Shown in pieces: positions 61,934 through 62,806 of a stretch of DNA of 62,806 nt; the stretch's first letter is position 1, and every line of letters begins with the position of its first letter. Both the position numbers and the translations under genes were made by a program. The DNA lies in NCBI GenBank assembly GCA_012729725.1, contig JAAYCO010000229.1, positions 1 to 62,806 of the forward strand, written 5' to 3'. The notes below the pieces were generated by a model, which searched no databases, was not told where the DNA came from, and saw nothing but the letters and a program-made list of their open reading frames with translations. The DNA is from Planctomycetota bacterium. GTDB lineage: Bacteria > Planctomycetota > Phycisphaerae > SM23-33.

Positions 61934-62806
61934 ATGAGCCGTGCAACGTACATTCTGGCCCTGGCGGCGGCAGTCCTTGCCGGATGTGATCTTGACCTAT
62001 TGCACGTTTTCTCTTCGCCTCCGCCGCTGCCCGAGATAAGCGGGTGGGCGGCTGACGAAATGCGCATGGTTACCCGCGGCTCGCCCCCGTCGCACGATTA
62101 CAAGCCGGATCTGTTTGCCGCCGCCAACGAGACGATCAGTTTCCAAATCGTGCTGGACGCGCCGGCCGGCCTTCACGATGTGACACTGAACTGGACATCG
62201 CTTCAATGCCAGAAGGATGCGATTCCTGCTTCAGACATCAAAGTGTTTCGCATGCTGCCTGTGCGGGTTAACAGCTTTCCTCCCTGGCGCCTGCGGCTGA
62301 CAGAGGCGCCGCCTGCCGAAGACGACTACTATGATGCGCTGGTTCCTGTTGATAGCGGATCCACCAGGTGCACAATCGCCCCGGCTGATCGACTGGCCTT
62401 CTGGGTGGATGTGTATGTTTCTCGCAACTGTCGCGGTGGAGAGTACGCAGGCCGCCTGACAGTCAAGGCAAAGGACCATCGGCCAAAAGAGTTCGAGATA
62501 AAGGTCAGGGTTTACGATTTTGTCCTGCCTGACGAGCGGCCGATCGTGGCGATTGGCGGCTTCAGCCACGACACTCTTTTCGCGTCCGCGGTGGGCGACA
62601 CGGCGGAGCCTTACTCCCCTACTCATCTCGACACTCATGATGAGAAGGTCATGCAGGGACTTGTGGCAATGCGGCAGCTTATGCGGCTTGGTCACGATCA
62701 TCGCCTGGATCTGTTCGATACCGCCCTTCGGCCGGGCCTGAAGCGAGACATCGACGGCAACGTCTTGCTGGACTGGAAGCACTATGATGCCGTCGCGGAA
62801 CCTTAC
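61934..62806 (+). CDS. Lipoprotein, GH123 N-terminal/DUF4091-like, 3'-truncated by the window edge
   Basis: I translated this ORF by hand and found 291 codons with no stop to the window end. It is absent from the track. Lipobox: 'ILALAAAVLAGC'. 'ETISFQIVLDAP', 'FWVDVYVSRNCRGGEYAGRLTV' and 'IKVRVYDFVLPDERP' resemble DUF4091/GH123-type proteins. Confidence 0.65.
   Translation, partial: MSRATYILALAAAVLAGCDLDLLHVFSSPPPLPEISGWAADEMRMVTRGSPPSHDYKPDLFAAANETISFQIVLDAPAGLHDVTLNWTSLQCQKDAIPASDIKVFRMLPVRVNSFPPWRLRLTEAPPAEDDYYDALVPVDSGSTRCTIAPADRLAFWVDVYVSRNCRGGEYAGRLTVKAKDHRPKEFEIKVRVYDFVLPDERPIVAIGGFSHDTLFASAVGDTAEPYSPTHLDTHDEKVMQGLVAMRQLMRLGHDHRLDLFDTALRPGLKRDIDGNVLLDWKHYDAVAEPY

Overview
High-GC bacterial chromosomal window with about 58 protein genes and 2 tRNAs. 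I saw no rRNA, CRISPR array, transposase, integrase or phage genes. The gene content suggests a PVC-superphylum organism, probably Planctomycetota/Phycisphaerae-like. Supporting genes are a prepilin-type H-X9-DG (DUF1559) protein, a PEP-CTERM protein, three Gfo/Idh/MocA oxidoreductases, a GntR-HTH/LacI-type regulator and an orphan four-helix-bundle (23S-IVS/Avd family) gene. The housekeeping backbone is truA, tRNA-His, tRNA-Arg, ybeY, tyrA, mnmG, tadA, bamA, trpD, mqnA, surE, glyA, thiE, dxs, ispA and lpxA. Several genes fit an anaerobic or microaerobic lifestyle: two-subunit 2-oxoacid:ferredoxin oxidoreductase, desulfoferrodoxin, DtxR-FeoAB, futalosine-pathway mqnA, and an etfB-etfA-FAD-oxidase trio resembling the Ldh/Etf complex. 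Accessory parts are a glycan-type neighbourhood at the left edge (1-6.5 kb), a TetR-controlled RND efflux operon (29.9-36.4 kb), and a visibly AT-richer carbohydrate/surface locus (22.2-29.9 kb) containing a 1054-aa secreted protein, a regulator, a pseudopilin-like protein and a PEP-CTERM lectin-like protein. The most unusual observations, all read directly from the sequence: (1) a ~110-120 nt palindromic repeat built from CAGG-containing units. It occurs twice, each time directly after a perfect terminator hairpin, and one copy sits just upstream of an orphan Avd-like four-helix-bundle gene wedged between tRNA-Arg and ybeY. (2) An untracked 84-codon highly charged ORF with a strong SD behind a DUF2267 gene. 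(3) A standalone CBM48-like gene co-oriented with desulfoferrodoxin, behind a perfect 18-bp palindrome that fills a promoter spacer. (4) A LarE-type PP-loop protein carrying CxxC plus CLASR cysteines, with no other lar genes in view. (5) A uxaC-like / FAD flavoprotein / GH123-DUF4091-like lipoprotein trio at the right edge. I found no defence system or mobile element. All functional calls rest on motif recognition by eye and need database confirmation.
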